A DNA stretch of 64,000 bases, from the NCBI GenBank assembly GCA_027484685.1, contig JAIXSO010000053.1, positions 48,164-112,163 of the forward strand, read 5' to 3'. This document shows, in pieces, positions 40,337 through 51,059 of the stretch. The notes under the pieces are model-generated. The model saw only the letters and a program-made list of their open reading frames with translations. It was not told the DNA's origin and did not search any database. The DNA comes from Bacteroidota bacterium. GTDB lineage: Bacteria; Bacteroidota; Bacteroidia; UKL13-3. How positions within the stretch are numbered: the first letter of the stretch is position 1; each line of letters begins with the position of its first letter. A program made the position numbers and the translations under genes.

Positions 40337-42298
40337 TTGAAACTTTCAGTTGTAATAGTAAACTATAATGTAAAATATTTTTTAGAACAAGCCCTTTATT
40401 CGGTTAGAAAGGCTTGTAATGGAATAAGTGCAGAAATTATAGTAGTAGATAACAACTCGGTAGATGGCAGCTGCGAGATGGTAAAACACAAGTTTGCCAA
40501 CGATGTAATTTTAATTGAAAACAAAGAAAATGTAGGTTTTAGCAAAGCCAATAATCAAGCTATAAAAATAGCAAAAGGCGAATACATTTTACTTTTAAAC
40601 CCCGATACCGTAGTCGAAGAAGCATGCTTTAACAAAGTAGTTTCATTTATGGACCAAACGCCCGATGCTGGCGCTGTTGGTGTAAAAATGATTGATGGTT
40701 CAGGTAAGTTTTTACCTGAAAGCAAACGCGGTTTACCTACGCCTGATGTAGCTTTTTATAAGATATTTGGTTTAGCGGCTCTTTTTCCAAAATCAAAACG
40801 ATTTGGCAAATACCACCTTGGATTTTTAGATAAAAACGAAACCCATAAAGTAGATGTACTAGCAGGTGCATTTATGATGCTGCGCAAAACAGTTATCGAA
40901 AAAATTGGCATGCTTGATGAAGATTATTTTATGTATGGCGAAGACATAGATTTAAGCTATAGAGTAACCAAGGCAGGCTATTTTAACTACTATTTTCACG
41001 ATACAACCATTATACATTACAAAGGCGAAAGCACTAAAAAAACCAGTGTAAACTTTGTATTTACGTTTTATCGTGCCATGATAATTTTTGCGCAAAAACA
41101 TTATTCGCAAAAACATGCTCGCACATTTGGCTTACTCATAAATTTTGCCATTTATTTACGAGCTACAGCAGCCATAATTTTGCGCTTTTTAAATGCCGTT
41201 TATTTACCCATAATCGACTTTTTATTGATATTGGTAAGTATGCTTTTTATAAGCAAAGGTTACTCTATTTTTAAATACGATACCGATTCAGCTTATAGCA
41301 ATAACGTGGTTTTAGCAAACAGTTGTATTTATGGTGCACTTTGGATGGCAGGCCTTTACCTTGCAGGCGCTTATAATAAACGTAAAACATTTTTAAGTGT
41401 AACCAAAGGCGTTTTGGCAGGTTCGTTAGCCATAGCAGTTTTTTATGCTTTCCTAAACGATTCTTATCGTTTTAGCCGTGCCATTATAGTTTTAGGAACT
41501 TTAAGCACCATTGTGATGGCCTATTTCGATAGGTTTTTATTGTTTTGGTTAAAAAATGGTAAGTTAAGTTTTAGCTTTAGTACTCACTTACGCACCGCCA
41601 TAGTTGGTAATTACAATGAAGTAAATCGTGTGCAAGATTTATTAATCAAATCAAAAGCCAAAGCCGACTATTTTGGTTTTATTGCTATTGATGATAAAAG
41701 TGTAACTGACAACCAATATTTAGGCAATGTTAATCAACTGAGCGAAATAGTGGATGTACTTAAAATTGAAGAAATAATTTTTTGTTCAAAAGATTTGGCT
41801 GCTTCGCAAATTATAGAATGGATGGGCCGCATGAAACAGCAAGAATTACTGTTTAAAATTGTACCCGAAGAAAGTTTATTTATAATTGGAAGTAACAATA
41901 AAAACACACCTGGCGACTTTTACACCATAGAGTTAAACTTATCGTTAAGCAAAGCTTGGGAGCAACAAAAGAAACGTGTTTTCGATATATTATTCGCCAT
42001 TTTTATATTACCGTTTATTCCTTTTGTAAGTTTAATTATTAAAAATAAAACACAGTTTTTCAAAAATTGGATTCAGGTGCTTTTAGGCGAAAAAACATGG
42101 GTTGGTTATGCCAAAGCCGATAATATAAAACTATTACCCAATTTACGCCAAGGCGTATTAAACCCAATTGATAACCTTACAGGCAAAAGCTATAACCCCA
42201 TTACCATTCAAAAATTAAACTTTTTATACGCCAAAGATTATTCGGTAGAAAAAGACTTTTTGATATTGATTCGCTCATTGAGAAGTTGGGGCAATTAA
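40337..42298 (+). CDS. family 2 glycosyltransferase fused to a polytopic membrane / sugar-transferase-like C-terminal domain
   Basis: 653 aa. The N-terminal SVVIVNYNVKYFLEQ...DNNSVDGS is the GT2 signature (VDN/S.DGS, DED). Multiple TM helices follow, and a C-terminal KRVFDILFAIFILP segment resembles a sugar phosphotransferase. Confidence 0.7.
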   Translation: MKLSVVIVNYNVKYFLEQALYSVRKACNGISAEIIVVDNNSVDGSCEMVKHKFANDVILIENKENVGFSKANNQAIKIAKGEYILLLNPDTVVEEACFNKVVSFMDQTPDAGAVGVKMIDGSGKFLPESKRGLPTPDVAFYKIFGLAALFPKSKRFGKYHLGFLDKNETHKVDVLAGAFMMLRKTVIEKIGMLDEDYFMYGEDIDLSYRVTKAGYFNYYFHDTTIIHYKGESTKKTSVNFVFTFYRAMIIFAQKHYSQKHARTFGLLINFAIYLRATAAIILRFLNAVYLPIIDFLLILVSMLFISKGYSIFKYDTDSAYSNNVVLANSCIYGALWMAGLYLAGAYNKRKTFLSVTKGVLAGSLAIAVFYAFLNDSYRFSRAIIVLGTLSTIVMAYFDRFLLFWLKNGKLSFSFSTHLRTAIVGNYNEVNRVQDLLIKSKAKADYFGFIAIDDKSVTDNQYLGNVNQLSEIVDVLKIEEIIFCSKDLAASQIIEWMGRMKQQELLFKIVPEESLFIIGSNNKNTPGDFYTIELNLSLSKAWEQQKKRVFDILFAIFILPFIPFVSLIIKNKTQFFKNWIQVLLGEKTWVGYAKADNIKLLPNLRQGVLNPIDNLTGKSYNPITIQKLNFLYAKDYSVEKDFLILIRSLRSWGN

Positions 42299-42391
42299 GA
42301 AAATTCGAATAAATAATATCGAAATTCGAAAGAACAATAGTTGGAATAAAACAGCATTTAAATATTGTATAGAGTTTAACTTACCCTCTTA

Positions 42392-42862
42392 ATGAAATTC
42401 CTACCTATTGAAAATATAGTTTTTAAAAGTAATTTGAATGAGGACGAAATAATAGCACGTCTTACAGACGAGGTAGAATTTGAAAACACTTATATTAATT
42501 ACGTTTCTGGAAAACTTTTTGATGGTGAAATAACAGATAATAAATTTAAGATTACACGAAAAATAAACTATAGAAATTCATGTTTGCCGAAAATTATTGG
42601 TATTATTGAAAAAGATACAGATGAAACCAAAATAACTGTGCAAATGAAATTGCACAAAGGTGTTACCATATTTTCGTATATTTGGTTTGGCTCTTTGATA
42701 TTTATGTGTATTCTGTTTTTAAGTATTGGTTTTTATGAATTCAATCCATTTGAAATGATAATTTTCGGCTACATATTCATCATGTTATCTTTTAAATATG
42801 AGTCTTATAAATCAAAAAAGTTACTGAAAGATATTTTTAAAGCTGAAATAATTTCAGAGTAA
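42392..42862 (+). CDS. small two-TM membrane protein, paralog 1
   Basis: 156 aa. The N-terminal ~55 aa and C-terminal ~25 aa are near-identical (>90% nt) to the downstream paralog. The middle is divergent. Confidence 0.5.
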   Translation: MKFLPIENIVFKSNLNEDEIIARLTDEVEFENTYINYVSGKLFDGEITDNKFKITRKINYRNSCLPKIIGIIEKDTDETKITVQMKLHKGVTIFSYIWFGSLIFMCILFLSIGFYEFNPFEMIIFGYIFIMLSFKYESYKSKKLLKDIFKAEIISE

Positions 42863-42983
42863 TATTTTAGTGAGTAATTATTTGTCCTTAATGTCATTTC
42901 TAAATTCTTGTTTTGTTAATTAATAAATTTGATTTTATTATGCTACCAAATATTTGCTATCAAATAATAAGTCAATGAATTTA

Positions 42984-43454
42984 ATGAAATTCCTACCAAT
43001 TGAAAATATTGTTTTTAAAAGCAAATTGAATGAAGACGAAATAATAGAACGTCTTACAGACGAGGTAGAATTTGAAAACACTTATATTAATTACGTTTCT
43101 GCAAAACTTTTTGATGGTGAAATAACAGATAATAAATTTGAAATCACACGAAAAATATATAACAGCAATTCCTACAATATTAAAGCAATTGGTACTATTG
43201 AAGAAGATACAGATGGAACTAAAATAAATGTAAAAATCAAATTCCGAAAAGGTGTAACCATATTTTTGTGTTTTGGGTTTGGCTTTGCTTTTCTTATCAG
43301 TATTATGTTTTTAACTAATGGTGTCTGGAAACTCCAACCATTAGGAATGCTACTTTTCTTCTATTTATTTATAATGTTATCTTTTAAATATGAGTCTTAT
43401 AAATCAAAAAAGTTATTGAAAAATATTTTTAAAGCTGAAATAATTTCGGAGTAA
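42984..43454 (+). CDS. small two-TM membrane protein, paralog 2 (alternative starts 42954/42975)
   Basis: Start chosen to align MKFLPIEN with paralog 1. Same architecture. Confidence 0.5.
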   Translation: MKFLPIENIVFKSKLNEDEIIERLTDEVEFENTYINYVSAKLFDGEITDNKFEITRKIYNSNSYNIKAIGTIEEDTDGTKINVKIKFRKGVTIFLCFGFGFAFLISIMFLTNGVWKLQPLGMLLFFYLFIMLSFKYESYKSKKLLKNIFKAEIISE

Positions 43455-43497
43455 GATTTTATATTCTTTAATTAACATAATTAAATCAACTTTCAAC

Positions 43498-44127
43498 TTG
43501 AAAACATATAAAAACATAAAAAACATTTTAAGTACTATAATTATTGCAGCGCTTTTAAATTCTTGCGAATATGGCAAGAATGAAAAGCAAATACATAAGA
43601 AAATTGATAGCAGTAATAATAACGCAATAAACACGAACGAAGAAGTGTTAATATATGAAAGTGACTGTGTTAAGGTATTTGCAGATTCTTCGTTTTGCAA
43701 AGGCAAAATTTCATATTCATCAATAAAATTTGAACCATATATTAACTTCAAAGATTTTAAAACAACAGAGATTTATAGAGGAAATAAGGCTAAAATTGAT
43801 TACACAAGTAATAGTTTAGCAAAAGAATACAAAACATTATTAACTGAAGAATACGCAAAAGAAAATTTGAATTTTGGCGGACATTATTGTTTCATTTCTT
43901 GGGATTGTGGTGCTCCTTGTATGATGTCTACAGTTATTGATTTAAAAGACGGCAAAGTTTATAATGGATTAACTGCTCCTCTTGGGTTTAAGTTTGAGAA
44001 AGATAGCAGAATGGTAATTGCTAATCCACCTGATTCTGCTAGTTTTTATGACGATTGCGAGTATTGCCATCCAGAAATTTGGATTTGGGATGAACAAGCT
44101 AAAAAGTTTAATGAAATAAAACCTTGA
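43498..44127 (+). CDS. Cys-rich hypothetical lipoprotein
   Basis: 209 aa. Lipobox LLNSCEY. Several Cys pairs (CFISWDCGAPC, CEYC). Confidence 0.45.
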   Translation: MKTYKNIKNILSTIIIAALLNSCEYGKNEKQIHKKIDSSNNNAINTNEEVLIYESDCVKVFADSSFCKGKISYSSIKFEPYINFKDFKTTEIYRGNKAKIDYTSNSLAKEYKTLLTEEYAKENLNFGGHYCFISWDCGAPCMMSTVIDLKDGKVYNGLTAPLGFKFEKDSRMVIANPPDSASFYDDCEYCHPEIWIWDEQAKKFNEIKP

Positions 44128-44273
44128 TAATAGATTTTAAAATCAAGAAAATTTCAACCCTAAAAACTTCCCTCCGCTCCTCCCAAAGGTTTTATTTTAA
44201 AATCAGTAACCTCAGCTTTATTTGTTTTAAAACTATTTTATTTCACTATTATTGTTTTATTTTTTTTTATTAA

Positions 44274-45368
44274 ATGAAAACAACTAAACTAATAATTATA
44301 ATATCTCTTTTATTATTTAGCCTAAATGCAGCCTGCCAAATAAGTAGTTTATTTCATGTACCGCCAATTATGGGTCAAGTTTCTAGCTATAAAAGGTTTC
44401 TATTAAATGGAGATAAGGAAACGCTAATTGAAGAGGCTCAATACGATAACAAAAATCGCGTGATAAGGAAAAAAGAATATAGTTTTGATTTGGGTTTTAG
44501 AACTTCAGAGCAACAAATTTATAAAACAATTTATAAAGCAGATAGCATTTATGAATTTAGCTGTAATTGCGAAAATATTGAAGAATTTGTAAAAAGATTT
44601 AAGATTGGAAAATACAAAGAAGATGCTGATGAAGAAGTCACTGCTGAGCTCAGCCAATTTGGATTAGCAACAATTTCTAAACTAAACAATAAAGGTTTAG
44701 TTATTTCTAAAATTTACTATACAGAAAATGGTTATCCAACGAAAACTATTATTTATCAATATGATAATTTTGGGAAATTAACTTTTGAGTCGAGTAAAAG
44801 TAATGAGTATGGGACAAAGGAAACTCAAATAACATATAATAACAAAGGAGAATATACTGGTAAAATTGAAACAATTTTACGCGAATATAAAGCTACTGGT
44901 AATCGTATTGAAAAAGATATTACTACTTACGACAAAAATAATGTTGAGGTTAATATAAAAAAGTTTGTAAATGGGGAATTATATTCAGAAACAATTTGTT
45001 CCGACAGCAACTCAAATTCAAAAAAATTCTTATATAGAGGACAAGAAAGTCCACAAGGATACATAAATAAAATCATTACTTACAATACTAAAGGTTCAGA
45101 AATAACAATCAGTAGCTTAAACGAAAAAAAGAACGAAACCAGAAGAATTCAAAAAACCTATGATAGTAGCAACAATTTATTATCTGTCAGCTATTACAAT
45201 GAAGAAAACAAGCTTTTCCTATCCTATGATTTTCAATATGATACTCAAAACAATTGGACTAGTTTAACACACAAACAGTTAATAATAAACACAACTAAAG
45301 GAGAAGAAAAGGAAACTTATGAAACAACGGTTTTTAAGCAGATAATAACTTATTTGCCTAAAAAGTAA
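44274..45368 (+). CDS. secreted hypothetical protein
   Basis: 364 aa with a signal peptide (LLLFSLNAACQ). Confidence 0.45.
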   Translation: MKTTKLIIIISLLLFSLNAACQISSLFHVPPIMGQVSSYKRFLLNGDKETLIEEAQYDNKNRVIRKKEYSFDLGFRTSEQQIYKTIYKADSIYEFSCNCENIEEFVKRFKIGKYKEDADEEVTAELSQFGLATISKLNNKGLVISKIYYTENGYPTKTIIYQYDNFGKLTFESSKSNEYGTKETQITYNNKGEYTGKIETILREYKATGNRIEKDITTYDKNNVEVNIKKFVNGELYSETICSDSNSNSKKFLYRGQESPQGYINKIITYNTKGSEITISSLNEKKNETRRIQKTYDSSNNLLSVSYYNEENKLFLSYDFQYDTQNNWTSLTHKQLIINTTKGEEKETYETTVFKQIITYLPKK

Positions 45369-45394
45369 AAAACAAAATTCTATAAACTTAATAA

Positions 45395-45435
45395 TAAAAA
45401 ATAGGCTGCATTCAAAATTAAATGCAGCCTATTTT
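45395..45435. terminator. bidirectional terminator between convergent genes
   Basis: aataggctgcatt-N8-aatgcagcctatt, with a T-run on the minus strand. Confidence 0.6.
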
Positions 45436-45479
45436 ACAAACTAGCCAATATTCATTTTCAATTTTATTGATTAACTTTT

Positions 45480-47207
45480 TTATTCTCCTAAAACCGGAAT
45501 TCTTATTTTGTTAAAAGTATAATAATACTTTACCATTTTTTTCTCCGATTTATCTAACTTAGCTTTCTTACCATCTACTTTAGTTTTATAGGATACCTCA
45601 ACTGAACAACCTTGGTAGTAATAATTATCCTTATACCAAAGTTTAGGCATTCCTAATTGCCAGTTGTAATCAAATTTATCTTCATCGCCATTTCTTATAC
45701 CTAATGGTTGGCTAAATTCAGAAAGTAATGGAGTGCTGTTATCACTAAGGAAACTATACACATGCGGTATATTATTTTTATCAACATACACTGAAGTATA
45801 CTGCTCATCTCCAGTTTGGTAAAAATCTGCTCTTGAAGCCAGTTTGAAACTTATATTACCATAATATTCATGTGCATTTTCCCATAACAAATTTCCTTCA
45901 GAATTTACACCAAAACTAATTAAACCTATTACTTGAATTCCATCATAATAAGTTTCTGTTCTTGTAGACTGTCTTCCTTTGCTATCGGTAATAGTAGTTG
46001 TATAATAATAATATCTTGGTTTTGTAATTTCTCCTAAAAAAACATACTCACCATCTTTTATTATAATTTTACTAAATGTTACATCAAATTCCACATCTGC
46101 ATCACTTTTTTTATATTTTTTATCGTCATCAAACGAATTGCTTCCAATTAAAGTAGTGATGGTATTATCAAATTTTTTCCATGGAATTCGCACCAAATTT
46201 AATTTGTTGTTATTTTCAATTAATCCTACACAAATACCCTCCGTTTTATGATCCATTACTGAAAATTTACCACCCCATTTTTCACCATAGGTGGCAACAA
46301 AAACTTTTTTATTATCCTTTTCTTCCATTTTAGCTCGAAACATTTCCATATTTTCGGGAAAATCAATATTGATATTACTTTTAAGAACGCCCTCTTCGGT
46401 ATTTCGTAAAAAATACTTTGATTTTTTCTTTACCTTATGCTTAATTATTGCTGAGAAATCTCCATTTTTTTCGTTATAACTTGCAGCTAAAACACCAGCA
46501 TCACCTCTAAAATAATCATTTAAAGCAACTTGTTTCATTACATTTTTACTCTTCATATCAATGGTAATAATAGCAGGATCGTAATTAGGTGAATAAAATA
46601 TAGCTGGCACAAATAACAAAGCTACTGATGCTGTTTGCACTGTATTTATTTTTTTTTCAGATGCTCCTTTTTTTCCTATTAAAATTACTTTGCCATCAAC
46701 TACCTTCATTTCGGTTAAAAATAAAGCTCTGTTATTTGTACCATTATAAGTGGTTAGTTTATTAGTATTCAAATCAATTTTTATAATAGTGTAATCAAAA
46801 AAGTAACTACGTTGAAAAATTGGTTTTCTTTTTCCAGGTCTAGGGTGATCCAATAAATCTTTTGCTAAAAGAATATAACCACATTCTTTTTCGTTTAAAT
46901 ATTCTACAATAGTGAATTCTTTCGGCACTTGCACACTGTATTTAGCAACCTCATTAAATGCTGTATCATAATTAGTTATATTAAAATCATAAAAGCCACC
47001 TTTTTTCTTCTCAGCCGATTTATAAGTTAATAAAGCACCTTTATTCCCAATTGGAAATGAGTTGTAACCATCTAAAGATTTTTCAACTTCAATTTCTATA
47101 TGTCCGGCATCTGCATTAGCAATAGTTTCTTTTTCAGGCACCAATACTTGAGCATTTAATAACATAGATAATTGAGCAGCAAAAGCTAATAAGAGTATTT
47201 TCTTCAT
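45480..47207 (-). CDS. secreted hypothetical protein
   Basis: 575 aa with a signal peptide (LLLAFAAQLSMLLNAQ). Confidence 0.45.
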   Translation of the reverse strand: MKKILLLAFAAQLSMLLNAQVLVPEKETIANADAGHIEIEVEKSLDGYNSFPIGNKGALLTYKSAEKKKGGFYDFNITNYDTAFNEVAKYSVQVPKEFTIVEYLNEKECGYILLAKDLLDHPRPGKRKPIFQRSYFFDYTIIKIDLNTNKLTTYNGTNNRALFLTEMKVVDGKVILIGKKGASEKKINTVQTASVALLFVPAIFYSPNYDPAIITIDMKSKNVMKQVALNDYFRGDAGVLAASYNEKNGDFSAIIKHKVKKKSKYFLRNTEEGVLKSNINIDFPENMEMFRAKMEEKDNKKVFVATYGEKWGGKFSVMDHKTEGICVGLIENNNKLNLVRIPWKKFDNTITTLIGSNSFDDDKKYKKSDADVEFDVTFSKIIIKDGEYVFLGEITKPRYYYYTTTITDSKGRQSTRTETYYDGIQVIGLISFGVNSEGNLLWENAHEYYGNISFKLASRADFYQTGDEQYTSVYVDKNNIPHVYSFLSDNSTPLLSEFSQPLGIRNGDEDKFDYNWQLGMPKLWYKDNYYYQGCSVEVSYKTKVDGKKAKLDKSEKKMVKYYYTFNKIRIPVLGE

Positions 47208-47312
47208 GTTTATTTTTTGTAATTAATCACAATGAAAAGAAATTGCATTAATATTAAAAATATGATAATTAACAAGAATTCATTTAGAAAAAGATAAAAG
47301 CAATAATTTTAA

Positions 47313-48035
47313 CTACTGACTAAATTTACCAACTACTAACCATCTAAATGCCCAAGCCCAAATAATTTTTACATTACTCAAAAGAACGCCACTTTGTTGC
47401 AAAATTTGTTGCCAATCATGTTTAATAAAACCACGTGCTACCGAAAGCTTTGCATCGTTTTTTACTAAGTACGATTTACTAAAAATAGCGGTTAACCAAG
47501 CTATGGAATAATAAGCCAAAATATTTCGGTGCAAATCGTTGATTACAAAACCCAAGTTGGCATTATTGCCGCACCAATTTAATAGCTCACTTATTTCTTC
47601 GTTTTTTAAATGATGGGTAAATAAACATGCCAATGCTATATCGAACTGAATATTTAAATCAGGAAGGTTTCTATAATCGCTACACACAAAACTAATTTCA
47701 GGAAAATTTTGGCATTGCTCTTTTGCATAAGTTATGCAATCTTCTTTTAAATCAACTCCAATTAATTTAAATGTTAAACCTTTATTTTTGGCCCATTTAG
47801 CCACATATATTAAGTTATCGCCTCCTCCACACCCAATATCAATAATGGTATATTCTTTATCTTTTTCAAACTTAAATTGATTTAAACCTTTAGTGGTTAC
47901 TTGATGTCCGCCAAGCCAAGTATTAATAAAATTTAGTTCTTTTAAATTTTGATACAAATCTAATTTAGGAATTGAATCATTATCTAATAACTCTTTTAAT
48001 AGTGAACGGTATTTTAAATCAATCATCAACCACAA
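47313..48035 (-). CDS. class I SAM-dependent methyltransferase
   Basis: 240 aa. IIDIGCGGGDN is SAM-binding motif I. Confidence 0.65.
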   Translation of the reverse strand: MWLMIDLKYRSLLKELLDNDSIPKLDLYQNLKELNFINTWLGGHQVTTKGLNQFKFEKDKEYTIIDIGCGGGDNLIYVAKWAKNKGLTFKLIGVDLKEDCITYAKEQCQNFPEISFVCSDYRNLPDLNIQFDIALACLFTHHLKNEEISELLNWCGNNANLGFVINDLHRNILAYYSIAWLTAIFSKSYLVKNDAKLSVARGFIKHDWQQILQQSGVLLSNVKIIWAWAFRWLVVGKFSQ

Positions 48036-48112
48036 ATCAAGTATTTTTTACTAGCATTTCATAAATACATTTTTTAGGTTTAATTCGCAGTCAAATCAAA
48101 ATATTACAAAAA

Positions 48113-48916
48113 ATGAAAAAACAACTTTTTACTATTTTAAGCTTACTTATTGGCACTGCAAGCAGTTATGCTACCATTCTTGTAACACCAATTAATACCA
48201 CAGTTGATAGTATAAACTCAAAATACCAACTAGATGTAACGGGCGATGGTGCTTACGATATAACTTTTAACCATTTTGCAAATGGGTCTATTACCATTAC
48301 GGGCAGAGTTGGAAACGGTAGTAACTTTTATTTAGCTACAGGAACTATTAGTGGAAGCAATAATTATCCAGTAAAAATTAAAAATAATAAAACATTTACC
48401 AACGAAACTACTTGGAAATCAAACAGCATATTTATTCAAAGCCCAAACTTAAACTATACTGATTTTAAAGGCAAAGGAAATAAATACATTGGTGGCCGAA
48501 TGACTTTAACGGGCATGCCTGAGTTTTATTATTTTTGGATTTTGGTAAATGTAAGTGCAGATGGAAGCCAATTAAATATTATTAAATGTGCTTTCGAAAC
48601 AGAAGCTGATTTGGCTTTAGCTACCGAAAGCGAGGGAGTTGATGAAAATCCAAATACATCAATTAACAATTTAAATAAACAACCTGCTTTTTCAGTTTTT
48701 CCAAATCCAGCTAATACTGAATTTGAAATTGCATCTAACATAGATATTAATGCTTATAAAATTTATAGTCTAAGTGGTGCAATTGTTAGCGAATCAAAAG
48801 AATTTACCACCAATAAAATAAATGTAGCCAATTTGCAAAAAGGTATTTACTTGTTGCAAATTTCAGATAGAAACAATAACATTTATACCCAAAAGTTAAT
48901 AATTGAAAATAACTAA
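48113..48916 (+). CDS. T9SS C-terminal-sorting-domain secreted protein
   Basis: 267 aa. Signal peptide. The C-terminal FSVFPNPANTEFEIAS...GIYLLQISDRNN is a Por_Secre_tail. There is a 3-nt gap to the downstream peptidase. Confidence 0.75.
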   Translation: MKKQLFTILSLLIGTASSYATILVTPINTTVDSINSKYQLDVTGDGAYDITFNHFANGSITITGRVGNGSNFYLATGTISGSNNYPVKIKNNKTFTNETTWKSNSIFIQSPNLNYTDFKGKGNKYIGGRMTLTGMPEFYYFWILVNVSADGSQLNIIKCAFETEADLALATESEGVDENPNTSINNLNKQPAFSVFPNPANTEFEIASNIDINAYKIYSLSGAIVSESKEFTTNKINVANLQKGIYLLQISDRNNNIYTQKLIIENN

Positions 48917-48918
48917 AA

Positions 48919-50994
48919 ATGAAAATCAAAACCATTATTGCTACCATAGCTACAAGTTCAAGCCTTGTGCTAACTGGCTATGCACAAAACTATCAAGATA
49001 AAATGATTGAATCAAAAAATGCTCATGCCGAAAATGGATTTGAAGTAGAATGCGATCGATTTGCCGATTTACAAATTTTGCGTTATCAAATTGAAGGTTT
49101 TAGCGAATTAACTCCCCAACAAAAAGAATTAGCTTATTATTTGTACGAAGCTGCTAATGCTGGTAGAGATATTATTTACGACCAAAAATACCGTTATAAC
49201 TTAACAGTTAGAAAAACACTAGAAACCATTTTGCAAAGCTACCGTGGTGATAAGCAAAATGCCAATTATAAAAAGTTTGAAACTTATGCTAAACGTGTTT
49301 TCTTTTCAAATGGAATACACCACCATTACTCCAATTTAAAATTTGTGCCTGAATGCACATTTGAATATTTTTCAGGTTTAGTAAAATCATGCAATTCAAA
49401 AGATTTACCGCTAAACGGTAAATCAGTTGATGATTTCCTGAAATTTATCAAACCTATTATGTTTGATATAAAATTCGAAAATAAAACTGTTGATTTAGCC
49501 TCAGGAATTGACAATGTTAAAGCATCGTCAAATAATTTTTATGAAGGTGTTTCTCAAAAAGAAGTAGAAGCATTTTATGCCACTAAAATTAGTAAAGACG
49601 ACCCAACACCTGTTTCTTGGGGGTTGAACAGTAAAATGGTTAAAGAAAATGGGCAAATTACCGAAAAAATATGGCGCGTTGGAGGCATGTACACTAGTGC
49701 TATTGAAAAAATTGTTTATTGGTTAGAAAAAGCCGTAACTGTTGCTGAAAACGAAAATCAAAGAAATGCATTAATACTATTAATTGAATTTTATAGAACA
49801 GGAGAACTTAAACTTTGGGATGATTATAACATTGCTTGGGTTCAGGATGTAGATAGTAGAATAGATGTAGTAAATGGATTTATTGAAGTTTATGGTGATG
49901 CTATTGGCAAACGTGCAAGTTTTGAAAGTGTCGTTTCAATGAAAGATATGGAAGCTACCAAACGTATTGCTGCTATTGCGGAGCAAGCTCAATGGTTTGA
50001 AGATAATTCGCCAATAGCTAACGAACATAAAAAAAGAGAAGTAAGAGGAATTACGGCTAAAGTAATTACTGTTATTCAAGAAAGTGGCGATGCAGCTCCT
50101 TCAACCCCAATTGGAATTAACCTTCCAAATGCTAATTGGATTCGTCAAAAACATGGTAGTAAATCAGTTTCATTAAGCAATATTGTACATAGCTATAATA
50201 TTGTAGGTGCTAAAAGTCCAATGTTAAAAGAATTTGCAGAAAATGAAGCACAAATGAATCGAGCCAGAGAATTTGGTTCGCTAGCTGGCGATTTACATAC
50301 CGATATGCATGAAGTGATTGGGCACGCAAGTGGACAAATAAACCCTGGTATTGGCGACCCTGACCAAACACTTAAAAACTATGCAAGCACATTAGAAGAG
50401 GCAAGAGCTGATTTAGTGGCATTATATTATGTAATGGATCCCAAATTAGTTGAAATGGGTGTTATGCCAAATTTAGAAGTAGGTAAAGCCGAGTACGATA
50501 ATTACATTATGAATGGCTTAATTACTCAGTTAACACGTTTAAATATTGGCGAAAATTTAGAAGAAGCTCACATGCGTAACCGCCAATTAAATGCTAAATG
50601 GGCTTATGAAATGGGTAAAAAAGACAATGTAATTGAATTTGTAAAAAGAGATGGAAAAACTTATGTTAAAATAAATGATTACGATAAATTACGTAGTTTA
50701 TTTGGCCAATTGTTAAAAGAAATTCAACGCATAAAATCTGAAGGCGACTATAAATCAGCTACAGCTTTGGTTGAAACCTATGGTGTAAAAGTTGACCAAG
50801 TATTACTAAAAGAAGTAAAAGCTCGTTTTAACAAATTAAATGTGGCTCCTTACAAAGGATTTATTCAACCAAAATTAATTCCAACTATGAACGGTGATAA
50901 AGTAATTGATGTAGTAGTTGAATATCCAAACGACTTTTTAAAAAATCAATTAGATTTAGGAAAACGTTATGGCTTCCTACCAATAATGAACTAA
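48919..50994 (+). CDS. dipeptidyl-peptidase III (peptidase family M49)
   Basis: 691 aa. Signal peptide. Zinc motifs HEVIGH and EEARAD correspond to M49 HExxGH / EExRAE. Confidence 0.8.
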   Translation: MKIKTIIATIATSSSLVLTGYAQNYQDKMIESKNAHAENGFEVECDRFADLQILRYQIEGFSELTPQQKELAYYLYEAANAGRDIIYDQKYRYNLTVRKTLETILQSYRGDKQNANYKKFETYAKRVFFSNGIHHHYSNLKFVPECTFEYFSGLVKSCNSKDLPLNGKSVDDFLKFIKPIMFDIKFENKTVDLASGIDNVKASSNNFYEGVSQKEVEAFYATKISKDDPTPVSWGLNSKMVKENGQITEKIWRVGGMYTSAIEKIVYWLEKAVTVAENENQRNALILLIEFYRTGELKLWDDYNIAWVQDVDSRIDVVNGFIEVYGDAIGKRASFESVVSMKDMEATKRIAAIAEQAQWFEDNSPIANEHKKREVRGITAKVITVIQESGDAAPSTPIGINLPNANWIRQKHGSKSVSLSNIVHSYNIVGAKSPMLKEFAENEAQMNRAREFGSLAGDLHTDMHEVIGHASGQINPGIGDPDQTLKNYASTLEEARADLVALYYVMDPKLVEMGVMPNLEVGKAEYDNYIMNGLITQLTRLNIGENLEEAHMRNRQLNAKWAYEMGKKDNVIEFVKRDGKTYVKINDYDKLRSLFGQLLKEIQRIKSEGDYKSATALVETYGVKVDQVLLKEVKARFNKLNVAPYKGFIQPKLIPTMNGDKVIDVVVEYPNDFLKNQLDLGKRYGFLPIMN

Positions 50995-51018
50995 TATTTT
51001 AAATAATTTTTCATATTA

Positions 51019-51059
51019 AAGCCAAAACAAATTTTAGGTTTGTTTTGGCTTTATTTTTT
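51019..51059 (+). terminator. intrinsic terminator after the M49 peptidase gene
   Basis: aagccaaaacaaa-ttttagg-tttgttttggctt followed by tatttttt. Confidence 0.7.
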
